This document shows positions 37,812-47,632 of a DNA stretch of 57,423 nucleotides, one piece after another (position 1 is the stretch's first letter; every line of letters starts with the position of its first letter). This stretch comes from Flavobacteriales bacterium. Lineage in GTDB: Bacteria > Bacteroidota > Bacteroidia > Flavobacteriales > CAJXXR01. Both the position numbers and the translations under genes were made by a program. Below the pieces are notes generated by a model. The model was not told where the DNA came from. It did not search any database and saw only the letters and a list, made by a program, of their open reading frames with translations. The stretch is from NCBI GenBank assembly GCA_049609625.1, contig JBMYYR010000004.1, forward strand, positions 1-57,423, written 5' to 3'.

Positions 37812-39713
37812 ATGGAGCTTTCGATAGTTATTGTCAACTATAATGTGCGTTATTTTTTGGAGCAATGTCTGCAATCTTTACAGCAGGCTTGCCAAGGCAT
37901 TGAGCATGAAGTTTTTGTGGTCGACAATAACTCCAAAGATCAATCTTGCGAGATGGTCAAAGCTCAATTTCCTGAAGTTAAACTAATTGAAAATCAGGAT
38001 AATCCGGGCTTTTCTATTGCCAACAATCAGGCGATAAAATTATCAAAAGGTCGCTATGTTTTACTCCTAAATCCGGATACCGTCGTTGCTGAAGATAGCC
38101 TGAAAGCTTGTTTGAAGTTTATGGATTCTAAGCCCGATGCTGGTGCTTTGGGTATCAAAATGATAAACGGTACAGGCGAGTTTTTACCTGAATCTAAACG
38201 TGGTTTACCAACACCGAAGGTTGCTTTTTACAAAATTTTTGGGTTATCAACTTTATTTCCAAAATCAGAACGTTTCGGAAAATACCATCTTTCATATTTA
38301 GACAAAGATGAAAACCATGAAGTCGACGTTCTTTCAGGAGCTTTTATGTTGATGAATATCAAAGCTTTAGAGAAATCTGGTTTGCTTGACGAAACCTTCT
38401 TTATGTATGGCGAAGACATCGATTTGTCTTATCGGATTCAAAACGCTGGCTACAAAAACTATTATTTTTCTGACTCCGAAATCATTCATTATAAAGGTGA
38501 ATCGACCAAAAAAGGCAGTATAAACTACGTGTTTGTGTTCTATAAGGCAATGATTATTTTTGCCAAAAAACATTTCAAATCCACCAATGCGGCGTGGTTT
38601 CAGGTAGCCATTTATTTAGCCATTTATCTTCGTGCCATTCTGTCTTTGGTCAAACGCGCGGTAGTTAATTTTAGTCTGCCTGTTCTGGATGGATTGGTGA
38701 TGTTTTTTGCCTTCGACTACATCAAAACCTATTGGGAAAACAACCATTTATACATCAAAAATGGGGGGCTTTATCCCGAATTTTTGACTCAATATTTTTT
38801 ACCTGCCTATATTCTGATTTGGCTGGTTTCCTTGGCATTCAATGGAGCTTACGAAAAAACTATGAAATTTCGCTCTATTTTCAGAGGACTTTTCATCGGA
38901 ACTATTTGTATATTAACAGCTTACGCCTTACTTCCTGAAGACTTTAGAACCTCAAGAGCTTTGATTTTATTGGCTGCTTTATGTACCGGATTCTGGTTTT
39001 TCTTAAGCCGAAGTATCATTCATTTTTTAGGCTTTAGTCAAGAAAAAACACAAAAAAACAGAGTTCTTATTTTAGCTGAAGCTAATGAAGCTCAACGAAT
39101 TAAAAACTTAATCACACAACAAGATGGTGGCGGTGTGTTTTGCAAAACCATAAACCAAAAGTACAACATCGAGCAGATCAGGCAATTACAAGACGATTAC
39201 GGATTTAAGACCCTTATTTTATCCGATACGCTCTACAGTTTTAAACAAATCATTAACTCCATCGAAGCCTTAAAAGACACTCAAATGGAGTTTAAAATTG
39301 CGCTCGAAGGCAAGGATTTTATTGTTGGTTCAAACAGCATCCACAGCCAAGGCGAAGTGATGACGTCCGACTATTTTGCCATTACCAAAGCAAATAATCG
39401 CCGCCAAAAACGCTTACTTGATCTAGGTTTGAGCTTTGCGCTGATCCTTACTTCTCCCCTTCTATTTTTCAAAATCAATTCTTTAGCCCGATTTCTGAAA
39501 GCCATGGGATGTATTCTGATTGGAAAAGCCAGTTTTGTTGGTTATCCAGACCAAAATCAAGTCCCCAAACTCAAACCAGCTTATCTGAAACCAGCCTACC
39601 ATTCGGAGTCCAATATCGAAAAAGAACTCCACTTTTTGTACGCCAAAGACTATCAGGTAGAAAAAGATATTAAATTGATTATCAAACACTTCAATAAACT
39701 TTGTCAACTTTAG
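37812..39713 (+). CDS. Family-2 glycosyltransferase fused to a polytopic membrane region and a WbaP-like C-terminal remnant
   Basis: GT2 N-terminus SIVIVNYN..VVDNNSKD..LLNPD..EDIDLSYR, then about 5 TM segments, then KRLLDLGLSFALILTSPLLFF and GKASFVGYP. Confidence 0.75.
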   Translation: MELSIVIVNYNVRYFLEQCLQSLQQACQGIEHEVFVVDNNSKDQSCEMVKAQFPEVKLIENQDNPGFSIANNQAIKLSKGRYVLLLNPDTVVAEDSLKACLKFMDSKPDAGALGIKMINGTGEFLPESKRGLPTPKVAFYKIFGLSTLFPKSERFGKYHLSYLDKDENHEVDVLSGAFMLMNIKALEKSGLLDETFFMYGEDIDLSYRIQNAGYKNYYFSDSEIIHYKGESTKKGSINYVFVFYKAMIIFAKKHFKSTNAAWFQVAIYLAIYLRAILSLVKRAVVNFSLPVLDGLVMFFAFDYIKTYWENNHLYIKNGGLYPEFLTQYFLPAYILIWLVSLAFNGAYEKTMKFRSIFRGLFIGTICILTAYALLPEDFRTSRALILLAALCTGFWFFLSRSIIHFLGFSQEKTQKNRVLILAEANEAQRIKNLITQQDGGGVFCKTINQKYNIEQIRQLQDDYGFKTLILSDTLYSFKQIINSIEALKDTQMEFKIALEGKDFIVGSNSIHSQGEVMTSDYFAITKANNRRQKRLLDLGLSFALILTSPLLFFKINSLARFLKAMGCILIGKASFVGYPDQNQVPKLKPAYLKPAYHSESNIEKELHFLYAKDYQVEKDIKLIIKHFNKLCQL

Positions 39714-39729
39714 AACACAAAACAAACCT

Positions 39730-40563
39730 ATGAACTACACCGAATTTAAAATCGACATTCAAGCTAATTTTGAAACTGAACCTTTGGTTTTTAAAGACAT
39801 TTTAATCTCTGATTTGGCAGATTTAGGTTTTGAGAGTTTTATTGAGGACGAAGGCCTACTGAAAGCCTATATTGAAACTCCAAGTTTTGAAAACAAAACC
39901 ATTGATTTTCCTTACCTCGAAGGCAAAACCTTTGAACTTTTGGAAGTTGAAAACCAGAACTGGAATGCCGAGTGGGAAAGTAATTATCCGTCTATCGAAA
40001 TTGATGGACGTTGTATTATTCGAGCTGAATTTCACGAGAAACCAGCGCATATTGAATACGATGTTTTGATTCAGCCTAAAATGTCCTTCGGTACAGGTCA
40101 TCATCAAACTACGCACATGATGACGCATTTTCTATTAGATGAACATGTTGAAAATCAGCGTGTTTTGGATATGGGTTGCGGTACTGGTGTTTTAGCTATT
40201 TTAGCTAAAATGAAAAACGCAAGCTATGTAGAAGCTATTGATATTGATGAATGGGCTTATGAAAATTCGATTGAAAATTGTGCGCTAAATCAAACCGAAA
40301 TTGTCTGCAAACAAGGTGATGCCACTTTACTTGGCGATCAAGAATTTGATGTAATTTTTGCAAACATCAATCGAAATATTTTGCTTAATGACATGAAAAG
40401 CTACGCCAAGGTATTAGCTCCAAAAGGTCGGATCTTCTTTAGTGGATTCTACACTTCCGACATCGAACAGATTGAAAATGAAGCTTCTAAATATAATTTA
40501 AAGCGAATAGATCAAAAAGAAAAAGAACACTGGACAGCACTCAAATTTGAAAAAATGAATTAA
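39730..40563 (+). CDS. prmA: Ribosomal protein L11 methyltransferase
   Basis: Motifs FGTGHHQTT, SAM site DMGCGTGVLAI and ANINRN. Confidence 0.85.
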   Translation: MNYTEFKIDIQANFETEPLVFKDILISDLADLGFESFIEDEGLLKAYIETPSFENKTIDFPYLEGKTFELLEVENQNWNAEWESNYPSIEIDGRCIIRAEFHEKPAHIEYDVLIQPKMSFGTGHHQTTHMMTHFLLDEHVENQRVLDMGCGTGVLAILAKMKNASYVEAIDIDEWAYENSIENCALNQTEIVCKQGDATLLGDQEFDVIFANINRNILLNDMKSYAKVLAPKGRIFFSGFYTSDIEQIENEASKYNLKRIDQKEKEHWTALKFEKMN

Positions 40564-41267
40564 GCCATGGAATGGTAAACATTCAGGACGTCATCATCTT
40601 CTTCTAAACGTTCCAAAAGTTTTTCAACATCAGCTTGTTGCTCCTCATTCAACTCTTTGGTTACGTTAGGAATACGTTCAAATCCTGATTCCAAAATTTC
40701 CATTTTTTGTTCTTCAAGGTAGGATTGTATCGCTCCAAAAGATTTGAATCCGGCATAAATAAATAAAGCGCCTTCATCTTCAAAAATTTCATCAGCTCCA
40801 AAGTCAATCAACTCAAGTTCAAGCTCTTCAGGATCTATATCTCCTTTTTCAATTTTGAAATTACAGGTGTGTTCAAACATAAATTCTACCGAACCAGAGG
40901 TACCTAAACTTCCATCACATTTGTTGAACGCTGCGCGTACATGAGCTACCGTTCGGTTGTTATTGTCGGTTGCAGCCTCAATCAAAACCGCAACGCCGTG
41001 TGGCGCATAACCTTCAAAAAGTACTTCTTTATAATCCGAAGTATCTTTGCTCGATGCTTTTTTTATCGCACGCTCAACATTGTCTTTGGGCATGTTGACC
41101 GCTTTCGCATTTTGAATTACCGCACGCAATTTTGAGTTCGTTTCTGCATCAGGGCCACCTTCTTTTACTGCCATCACGATTTCTCTTCCGATTCTCGTAA
41201 AAGCTTTAGACATTGCCGACCAACGTTTCATTTTACGCGCTTTTCTGAACTCAAATGCTCTTCCCAT
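40560..41267 (-). CDS. YebC/PmpR-family transcriptional regulator
   Basis: Motifs MGRAFEFRKARKMKRW, NSKLRAVIQNAKAVNMPKDNVERAI and YEGYAPHGVAV-like. Confidence 0.9.
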   Translation of the reverse strand: MGRAFEFRKARKMKRWSAMSKAFTRIGREIVMAVKEGGPDAETNSKLRAVIQNAKAVNMPKDNVERAIKKASSKDTSDYKEVLFEGYAPHGVAVLIEAATDNNNRTVAHVRAAFNKCDGSLGTSGSVEFMFEHTCNFKIEKGDIDPEELELELIDFGADEIFEDEGALFIYAGFKSFGAIQSYLEEQKMEILESGFERIPNVTKELNEEQQADVEKLLERLEEDDDVLNVYHSMA

Positions 41268-41482
41268 TTCTATTTTTGATTTGGAGGTTTAAAAAATTGA
41301 ATGACAAATTTACTAATTTTGATTACATTTTCTGGTCTGACAAAACGAAATACAACACTTAAGTCTTCCAATAAGCCAAATAGGTTACTTTCGCCCAAGA
41401 AAAACGCTAAATTTTCATTTCAACTTATAGTTTAAAAAGATAGTGGATTCAAAACAAACTCTAACAAAGCGACACTTCTGCA

Positions 41483-41812
41483 CTAGGCTCGCAATTTCGG
41501 GTTTGATTTATGACGTGTTTGGTCTCGATTAGATTTTTTTTCGATGTTTTTCTGTAAAGCCTCATCCAAATCAATCCCCGTCTGATTAGCCAAACAAGCG
41601 ACCACCCAGATTACATCGGCAAGTTCGTCGGCAAGCTCTTTGTTTTTGTCGGTTTCTTTTTCGGATTGTTCGCCATAACGACGAGCTATAACACGAGCAA
41701 CTTCACCCACTTCTTCTGTCAAAATCGCCATATTAGTCATCACATCAAAATACCGAACGCCAACGGTTTTTATCCACTCATCTACCTGATTTTGATAGTC
41801 TTTTATTTCCAT
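41483..41812 (-). CDS. MazG-like nucleotide pyrophosphohydrolase (small form)
   Basis: Motifs LTEEVGEVARVI and ELADELADVIWVVACLAN. Confidence 0.75.
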   Translation of the reverse strand: MEIKDYQNQVDEWIKTVGVRYFDVMTNMAILTEEVGEVARVIARRYGEQSEKETDKNKELADELADVIWVVACLANQTGIDLDEALQKNIEKKSNRDQTRHKSNPKLRA

Positions 41813-42267
41813 TACTCTTTTTGTTTTGAATCTAAAATAATACTTACTGGGCCGTCATTTTCTAATAAAACCTGCATATTTTGTCCAAATTTCCCTGTTT
41901 TGACTTTGTCATTCCCTAGTTGATTCCGAAAACAAACAATAGCTTGTTCATACATCTGCTCAGCAAAAGCGGGTGTTCCAGCTTTTATAAAGGAAGGTCT
42001 GTTTCCTTTTTTGGTTGAAGCAAATAAGGTAAATTGACTTACAATCAATAGCTCAGCTTCGAGTTCGTTTAAGGCGTGATCAAATTTACCTTCGGCATTT
42101 GAAAAAATCCGCATCCCCACCGTTTTCTTTACTATCCAATCCAAATCGTTCTGAGTATCCTCATCCGATACGCCCAAAAGAAGCACCAAACCTTCGCCTA
42201 TTTTAGCATAGGTTTCGCCATCAATATCTAGTTTAGCCTGCTTTACACGTTGTATTACTACTCGCAT
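41812..42267 (-). CDS. dtd: D-aminoacyl-tRNA deacylase
   Basis: Motifs MRVVIQRV, VSQFTL and GNRPSF. Confidence 0.9.
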   Translation of the reverse strand: MRVVIQRVKQAKLDIDGETYAKIGEGLVLLLGVSDEDTQNDLDWIVKKTVGMRIFSNAEGKFDHALNELEAELLIVSQFTLFASTKKGNRPSFIKAGTPAFAEQMYEQAIVCFRNQLGNDKVKTGKFGQNMQVLLENDGPVSIILDSKQKE

Positions 42268-43202
42268 TATCTATAAGATGATTTTTGATTTTCTTCTACA
42301 TCCTCCACAAATTGAAGATAGTTTTCATAGCGTGTTTCAAAAAGTTCGCCTGTTTCTACGGCTTGTTTTACAGCACATTTTGGTTCGTTGATATGCATGC
42401 AATTCGAGAATTTGCAAGCTTCGGCATAGGATGAAAATTCTGGAAATAAATGCCTCAGCTCTTCTTTTTCAAAATACACCAAACCAAAACCTCTTACCCC
42501 TGGGGTGTCTATAATCGACGCGCCAAAGTAAAGTTCGTGGAGCTCGGCAAAAGTTGTGGTATGTTTTCCTTGAAGATGTATTTCCGAAATTTCATCGGTT
42601 TTGATATCCAAAGCTGGGTCAAGCGCATTAATTAAGGTTGATTTCCCGACACCAGAATGTCCAGAAATCATGGTGGTCTTATCTTTTAAGCGTGCTTTTA
42701 CTTCTTCTAAACCATCTCCACAACTTGCCGATGTAGATAAACAAGGTACAGATAAAGCTTCATACATCATTTGATAGGCTTCTAAATCTTCTAAGGTTTC
42801 TTCATCATACAAATCTATTTTATTGAATATCAGAACACAAGGAATCTTATAGGCTTCGGCAGTTATCAAAAAACGATCAATAAAACTCAAACTTGTTTCA
42901 GGAAAAGCTAAGGTTACAAACAGCATAGCTTGATCGATGTTTGATGCTAAAATATGAGCTTCTTTGGATAAGTTGACTGATTTTCTGATGATGTAATTTT
43001 GCCTTGGGTAAATTTTGGTAATAACAGGGTCGTCTGTTTTTTGAGTTTGCTCTACCTCTACCTCATCTCCAACGGCAATAGGATTGGTGGTTTTGATGCC
43101 TTGCATCCTAAACTTACCTTTAATTTTACATTGCAAAATTGCATTGTTCTCTACCCGAACAATAAACCAGCTTCCTGTTGATTTTATTACTTTTCCTCTC
43201 AT
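42267..43202 (-). CDS. rsgA: Ribosome small subunit-dependent GTPase A
   Basis: OB N-terminus, motifs NKIDL and GHSGVGKSTLINAL, and the C-terminal zinc motif CKFSNCMHINEPKC. The first ATG is at 43202; the track ORF starts at TTG 43214. Confidence 0.9.
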   Translation of the reverse strand: MRGKVIKSTGSWFIVRVENNAILQCKIKGKFRMQGIKTTNPIAVGDEVEVEQTQKTDDPVITKIYPRQNYIIRKSVNLSKEAHILASNIDQAMLFVTLAFPETSLSFIDRFLITAEAYKIPCVLIFNKIDLYDEETLEDLEAYQMMYEALSVPCLSTSASCGDGLEEVKARLKDKTTMISGHSGVGKSTLINALDPALDIKTDEISEIHLQGKHTTTFAELHELYFGASIIDTPGVRGFGLVYFEKEELRHLFPEFSSYAEACKFSNCMHINEPKCAVKQAVETGELFETRYENYLQFVEDVEENQKSSYR

Positions 43203-43231
43203 AGATGCGACCAAAAATAGCTTTTTTACTC

Positions 43232-43264
43232 AAAAAAGCTTACCATTTTTTCAATCGTAAGCTT
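43232..43264 (-). terminator. Terminator candidate after the SprB-repeat gene
   Basis: An 8-bp perfect stem aagcttac / gtaagctt (43236-43243 / 43257-43264), with a T-run following on the minus strand. Confidence 0.5.
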
Positions 43265-43322
43265 TTTTGTCTCTTTCTAAAAGAGTTTATAGTATTTAAT
43301 TTTGATGAGTATTAGCCTAAAT

Positions 43323-45614
43323 TTAGCGAATCAGCATTAAACTTCCTTCATCTGTATGTTGTAAACCAAGGGCATCACGATAAACGGAAAGGTAAATATA
43401 GCTCTCGGCTGGGGCGTCATTGCCATCCAAATCTTTTCCATCCCACTCTCTAGTAATTTCAGTAGTTCCAAACATCAACTTACCCCAACGGTTATAAATC
43501 TTAAACTCTAATTCTCTGTAACAGTCCATCACTGGTGTGAATTTATCATTAACACCATCTGCATTTGGCGTAAAGGCTGTTGGCACAGTATAAATGGTCT
43601 CGTCTGGCACAAATTTAGTTACTTCATAATGCTCACATCCATTTTCATCCGTTGCCAAAACAACGACGTCTCCAATGCCTATATTATTTTCATCTAAACC
43701 TAACCATTCAATGGAAACAACTCCCGTTCCGCCCGATGTTGTTGCTGTTCCTTTTGCCAAAAAGATATTACAGTTGTCGTCTTGCTCCAAAGTTATCTCA
43801 ACCTCAATTTTTTGTGGCTGAACAATCGTGATAAGTTTAGATACTTTACAGTTGTTGGCATCCGTAATTTTCACTTCGTGAGTCCCATCGGGAAATTCTA
43901 AATAGCCGCTTGCCGGAAATGGGGCGTTGTTGACAATATATGGAGCTACACCGCCTATAATATCCTTGATGTAAACTTTACCCATTTCACCAAAACACAA
44001 AGGATTGATGATGCTATCACGCCATTGAATTTCATCAGGAGATTCGATAATAAAGCTCTCTGCATAAACACAACCTTCAGCGTCTTGAATAAGCATAGAG
44101 TGGTTTCCAGCTTTTGGATTGTTCGGATTAAAACCTGATGACCACGAAAACGTATAGGGAGGTGTTCCTCCTTCTGCTTCATATTCAATTTCTCCTGTTC
44201 CGTTAAAACATTTGGCGTCTTCGGTCTCAACACTTCCCGTGAGTTCCTCTGGCTCAGACACAAAAATAGATTGAAAAACAGATTGACCCGAACAACTTTG
44301 ATCTGTAATCGTTACGTCATAATACCCTGTAGGCAAATTGGTTTGATTTAGAAAGTTTGAATTATCCCACCATGTTACGGTATACGGCGGCATTCCTCCT
44401 TCTATAGAAATTGAAATTGAGCCATCACTACCACCTTTACAAGACACGTTGTTCACGCTTGACGTAAATTGTATGTAATTAATAAAGGCATCGCTTTGAG
44501 GAAAATCGCTCATACCAGGAGTTAAAGCCGCTCCAGTCCCGATGTGGTCTATAGTAAATGTACCAACATTATCTACATCAGATAATTCGACCATCGAACA
44601 TAAACCAGTTGCTGGCGTGTATAGCTTTCTATTGGTTCCCATTTCTATTTGACCTAAGCCATAATCTGTAGCTACAGTTCCGTTGCAATTAAAGGCTCCT
44701 GATAGATTGTAAATTGTCGATGCTAGGGTTTGAACATTGAATCTCAATAGGTTACCACCTGTATTAGTAAATGGATCAAAACTGTTGACATCCGAAGTAG
44801 CAAAAATGTATTGTGCTGTTGGCGAAAATTCTACGCCATAAATATCTGGAAATAAATAGCTGTCGAGAGTCCCTGCCCCAGAACCTGTACAGGGGTTGAA
44901 GGGAAAGCTAATCAGCTCGTTACTTCTGTTGGAAGCATAAGCCAGTCGTTCGTTGTGATAATCTAACTCTCCTTCTCCGCCCTCGTTGGGATCAAGAAGG
45001 CCAAGTGGCATAAAGGCTTTTATGCCTGTTGGACTAGAAATACTTGTTTCTGTAATTTTGAAACGCTCAAAACCCCACGTACATTTATAAACCACCAACC
45101 ACTTGTCTGGTGTGTTTGGGATGTCAATAATTTCCTTCCCTTCGGCGTAGAGTGTGTCTCCTAATTGCTGATTGGCCTGAAAAACTTCTCCATTTGCACC
45201 AAGGGTTACATCTACTTTGGCGGAATATAGTTTTGAACACCCTTCGGCGGCAGTATAGAATAAATAGTATTGATTCGGATTTCCTGGCACCTGACAAGTT
45301 GTAATTTCTGTAATACCTGCTGCTCCAAAAAGTGCAGGCGAGCCTGGAAGTTCGGTTCCGTCTGGTGCAAAAACACCGTCTGACTTAGCATAAAACAGAA
45401 GCTGCCCAACGGCATTCTGTACATGTACTATGCCCTCAGAACCTGCAGCAACTGTGGTTGAGGCTGTTTCTGAAGCCGTCGGTGGCGAAAAAACCATGTC
45501 TAAATAACCAACATCGTCTGTGGTCATATAGGCTATCTTATTGGTGCTTTGAGCAGAAAGTAATTGATAGAAAAAAAGAGATAGAAGGATTAAAAAATGC
45601 TTAAACGAAATCAT
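43323..45614 (-). CDS. Cell-surface protein with SprB repeats and a T9SS type-B (gliding motility-associated) C-terminal domain
   Basis: Signal peptide LSLFFYQLLSAQS. SprB-type repeats include NVSCKGGSDGSISISIEGGMPPYTVTW, AKCFNGTGEIEYEAEGGTPPYTFSW and others. The C-terminus VPTAFTPNADGVNDKF..FKIYNRWGKLMF..WDGKD fits the type-B CTD. The first ATG giving a signal peptide is at 45614; the track starts at TTG 45647. Confidence 0.8.
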   Translation of the reverse strand: MISFKHFLILLSLFFYQLLSAQSTNKIAYMTTDDVGYLDMVFSPPTASETASTTVAAGSEGIVHVQNAVGQLLFYAKSDGVFAPDGTELPGSPALFGAAGITEITTCQVPGNPNQYYLFYTAAEGCSKLYSAKVDVTLGANGEVFQANQQLGDTLYAEGKEIIDIPNTPDKWLVVYKCTWGFERFKITETSISSPTGIKAFMPLGLLDPNEGGEGELDYHNERLAYASNRSNELISFPFNPCTGSGAGTLDSYLFPDIYGVEFSPTAQYIFATSDVNSFDPFTNTGGNLLRFNVQTLASTIYNLSGAFNCNGTVATDYGLGQIEMGTNRKLYTPATGLCSMVELSDVDNVGTFTIDHIGTGAALTPGMSDFPQSDAFINYIQFTSSVNNVSCKGGSDGSISISIEGGMPPYTVTWWDNSNFLNQTNLPTGYYDVTITDQSCSGQSVFQSIFVSEPEELTGSVETEDAKCFNGTGEIEYEAEGGTPPYTFSWSSGFNPNNPKAGNHSMLIQDAEGCVYAESFIIESPDEIQWRDSIINPLCFGEMGKVYIKDIIGGVAPYIVNNAPFPASGYLEFPDGTHEVKITDANNCKVSKLITIVQPQKIEVEITLEQDDNCNIFLAKGTATTSGGTGVVSIEWLGLDENNIGIGDVVVLATDENGCEHYEVTKFVPDETIYTVPTAFTPNADGVNDKFTPVMDCYRELEFKIYNRWGKLMFGTTEITREWDGKDLDGNDAPAESYIYLSVYRDALGLQHTDEGSLMLIR

Positions 45615-45737
45615 AAAGCTAAAAGTTTTAAAAGTAGTTTCCCACAAAGATATGTTTTTTGTTATTAATTTTGAACCATTATTGATTTTTTTAAATTTCT
45701 GTCCACTATTTAGTCCAACAATCTGATTTTCAAACCA

Positions 45738-46676
45738 ATGAACTCTTCAATTTTTAGTAAACCGATCCAAGCTCAGGTTCAGAAACTTGAATTGAGCTGG
45801 ACAAAACAGGCAAATATCGACTTGTATTTGCAAAGAGATGACCTGATTCACCCACATATTTCGGGGAACAAATGGCGAAAACTGAAGCCTATTTTTGAGC
45901 AATTTGAGCTTAAAAAGCCTTCGGGTATTTTGAGTTTTGGCGGCCCATTTTCTAATCATTTGGTGGCTTGTGCCGAAGCTTGTTTTTTGCATCATATTCC
46001 TTTTGTGGCTTGTTTGCGTGGACATGAAGAAGAATCTAGAAATTCAAATTTTTGTTTGGATTTTTTGCAATCTCGGAAGGCAAAAATCCATTGGATTGAT
46101 CGTTCGACATTTAGACAATTGAGAACAGATCATTGGAAAAATCCCTTTCCTGATTTATATCCCGATTTTGATGTTTTGCCCGAAGGTGGACAATCTGATT
46201 TAGCTTTAAAATCATGCGAAGATATTTCAGAATTTTGGACAGAACATTACGACTTTGCTTGCGCGAGTATTGGTACCGGCACCACGTTTTCGGGTTTGGT
46301 AAATGGATTGCCAACAAGCTGTCATGGCATTGGTTTTTTGGCTTTAAAAGATCAAAATTATTTAGATGAACTAATTGATAATCAGATAATTAAAAAATCA
46401 AGCTATCATCTAAATCGAGATTTCCATTTTGGAGGTTTTGGCAAACACAAGGATGAGCTTATTGAGTTTATGAATGACTTTTATAAACAAACCAAAGTGC
46501 CTTTAGATCCGATTTATACAGGAAAAATGCTGTTTGGAATCCGACAGCTTTGTTTGGAACATTATTTTCCAGAAGGCTCAAAACTTATTGCCATTCATAC
46601 CGGAGGACTTTCTGGTATTCGTGATTTTAATGCCTTAAGAAAACGCAAACATCAGTCTATTTTGGATTACGTTTAA
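45738..46676 (+). CDS. ACC deaminase / D-cysteine desulfhydrase-family PLP enzyme
   Basis: PLP-lysine motif ISGNKWRKL, FGGPFSNH and C-terminal HTGG. Confidence 0.75.
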   Translation: MNSSIFSKPIQAQVQKLELSWTKQANIDLYLQRDDLIHPHISGNKWRKLKPIFEQFELKKPSGILSFGGPFSNHLVACAEACFLHHIPFVACLRGHEEESRNSNFCLDFLQSRKAKIHWIDRSTFRQLRTDHWKNPFPDLYPDFDVLPEGGQSDLALKSCEDISEFWTEHYDFACASIGTGTTFSGLVNGLPTSCHGIGFLALKDQNYLDELIDNQIIKKSSYHLNRDFHFGGFGKHKDELIEFMNDFYKQTKVPLDPIYTGKMLFGIRQLCLEHYFPEGSKLIAIHTGGLSGIRDFNALRKRKHQSILDYV

Positions 46677-47629
46677 GCTAAGGCTTTAAGTAAATCGTCA
46701 AAATCAATACCTTTAGCTTTGGCTTTATAATTGAGTAACACTCGATGTTGTAGAATAGGTTTCGCCACCTTCATAACATCCTCAATATCAGGAGAATACT
46801 TTCCACTAAGTGCGGCTTGTGCTTTGGCTGCCAAAATCAAATTTTGAGAAGCTCTTGGCCCGGCTCCCCAGGCAATGTATTGCTTTGCGAACTCGTTCTG
46901 AGCGTGTTTTCCGGTTCGAGTTGATTGCACAAGTTTTACAGTGTAATTCAGCACGGCATCAGGCACAGGAATAGCGCGAATTAACTTCTGAAACCCTAAA
47001 ATTTCTTCGGCACTTATAACTTGTTTGATGTCTACTTTGTGATTTGCTGTTGTGCGCTTTACAATATCAATTTCTTGCTCCAAACTTGGGTAATCTAACT
47101 CTACCTGAAACATAAAACGGTCTAATTGCGCTTCGGGAAGTGAATAAGTTCCTTCCTGTTCTATGGGATTCTGAGTCGCCAAAACAAAGAATAAGTCGCC
47201 CAAACTAAAATGCTGCCCGTTGGAACTTACGGTTTTTTCTTGCATAGCTTCCAAAAGTGCCGATTGCGTTTTTGGAGGCGTTCGGTTAATTTCATCAGCC
47301 AAAATAACATTCGAAAACAAAGGCCCTTTTACAAACTCAAATTCTCGATTTTTATTCAGCACTTCTGAGCCAATAATATCACTCGGCATCAAATCTGGAG
47401 TAAACTGAATTCGATTAAAACTCAAACCTAAAGCTTTTGATAAAACATTAACCATCAATGTTTTTGCCAAACCCGGCACACCAACCAAAAGGCAGTGAGA
47501 GTTACAAAAAATGGAAAGTAAAAGTTGGTCTACAGCTTCTTCTTGCCCAACAACCAGCTTAGATATTTCGGTTTTCAAAGCCTGATATTTATCCTGAAGT
47601 TGGCTCACTTGTTCTACTTTTGATGCCAT
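46673..47629 (-). CDS. MoxR-family AAA+ ATPase
   Basis: Walker A GVPGLAKT, Walker B ILADEINR, and ATQNPIEQEGTYSLPEAQLDRF. Confidence 0.85.
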   Translation of the reverse strand: MASKVEQVSQLQDKYQALKTEISKLVVGQEEAVDQLLLSIFCNSHCLLVGVPGLAKTLMVNVLSKALGLSFNRIQFTPDLMPSDIIGSEVLNKNREFEFVKGPLFSNVILADEINRTPPKTQSALLEAMQEKTVSSNGQHFSLGDLFFVLATQNPIEQEGTYSLPEAQLDRFMFQVELDYPSLEQEIDIVKRTTANHKVDIKQVISAEEILGFQKLIRAIPVPDAVLNYTVKLVQSTRTGKHAQNEFAKQYIAWGAGPRASQNLILAAKAQAALSGKYSPDIEDVMKVAKPILQHRVLLNYKAKAKGIDFDDLLKALA

Positions 47630-47632
47630 GGT

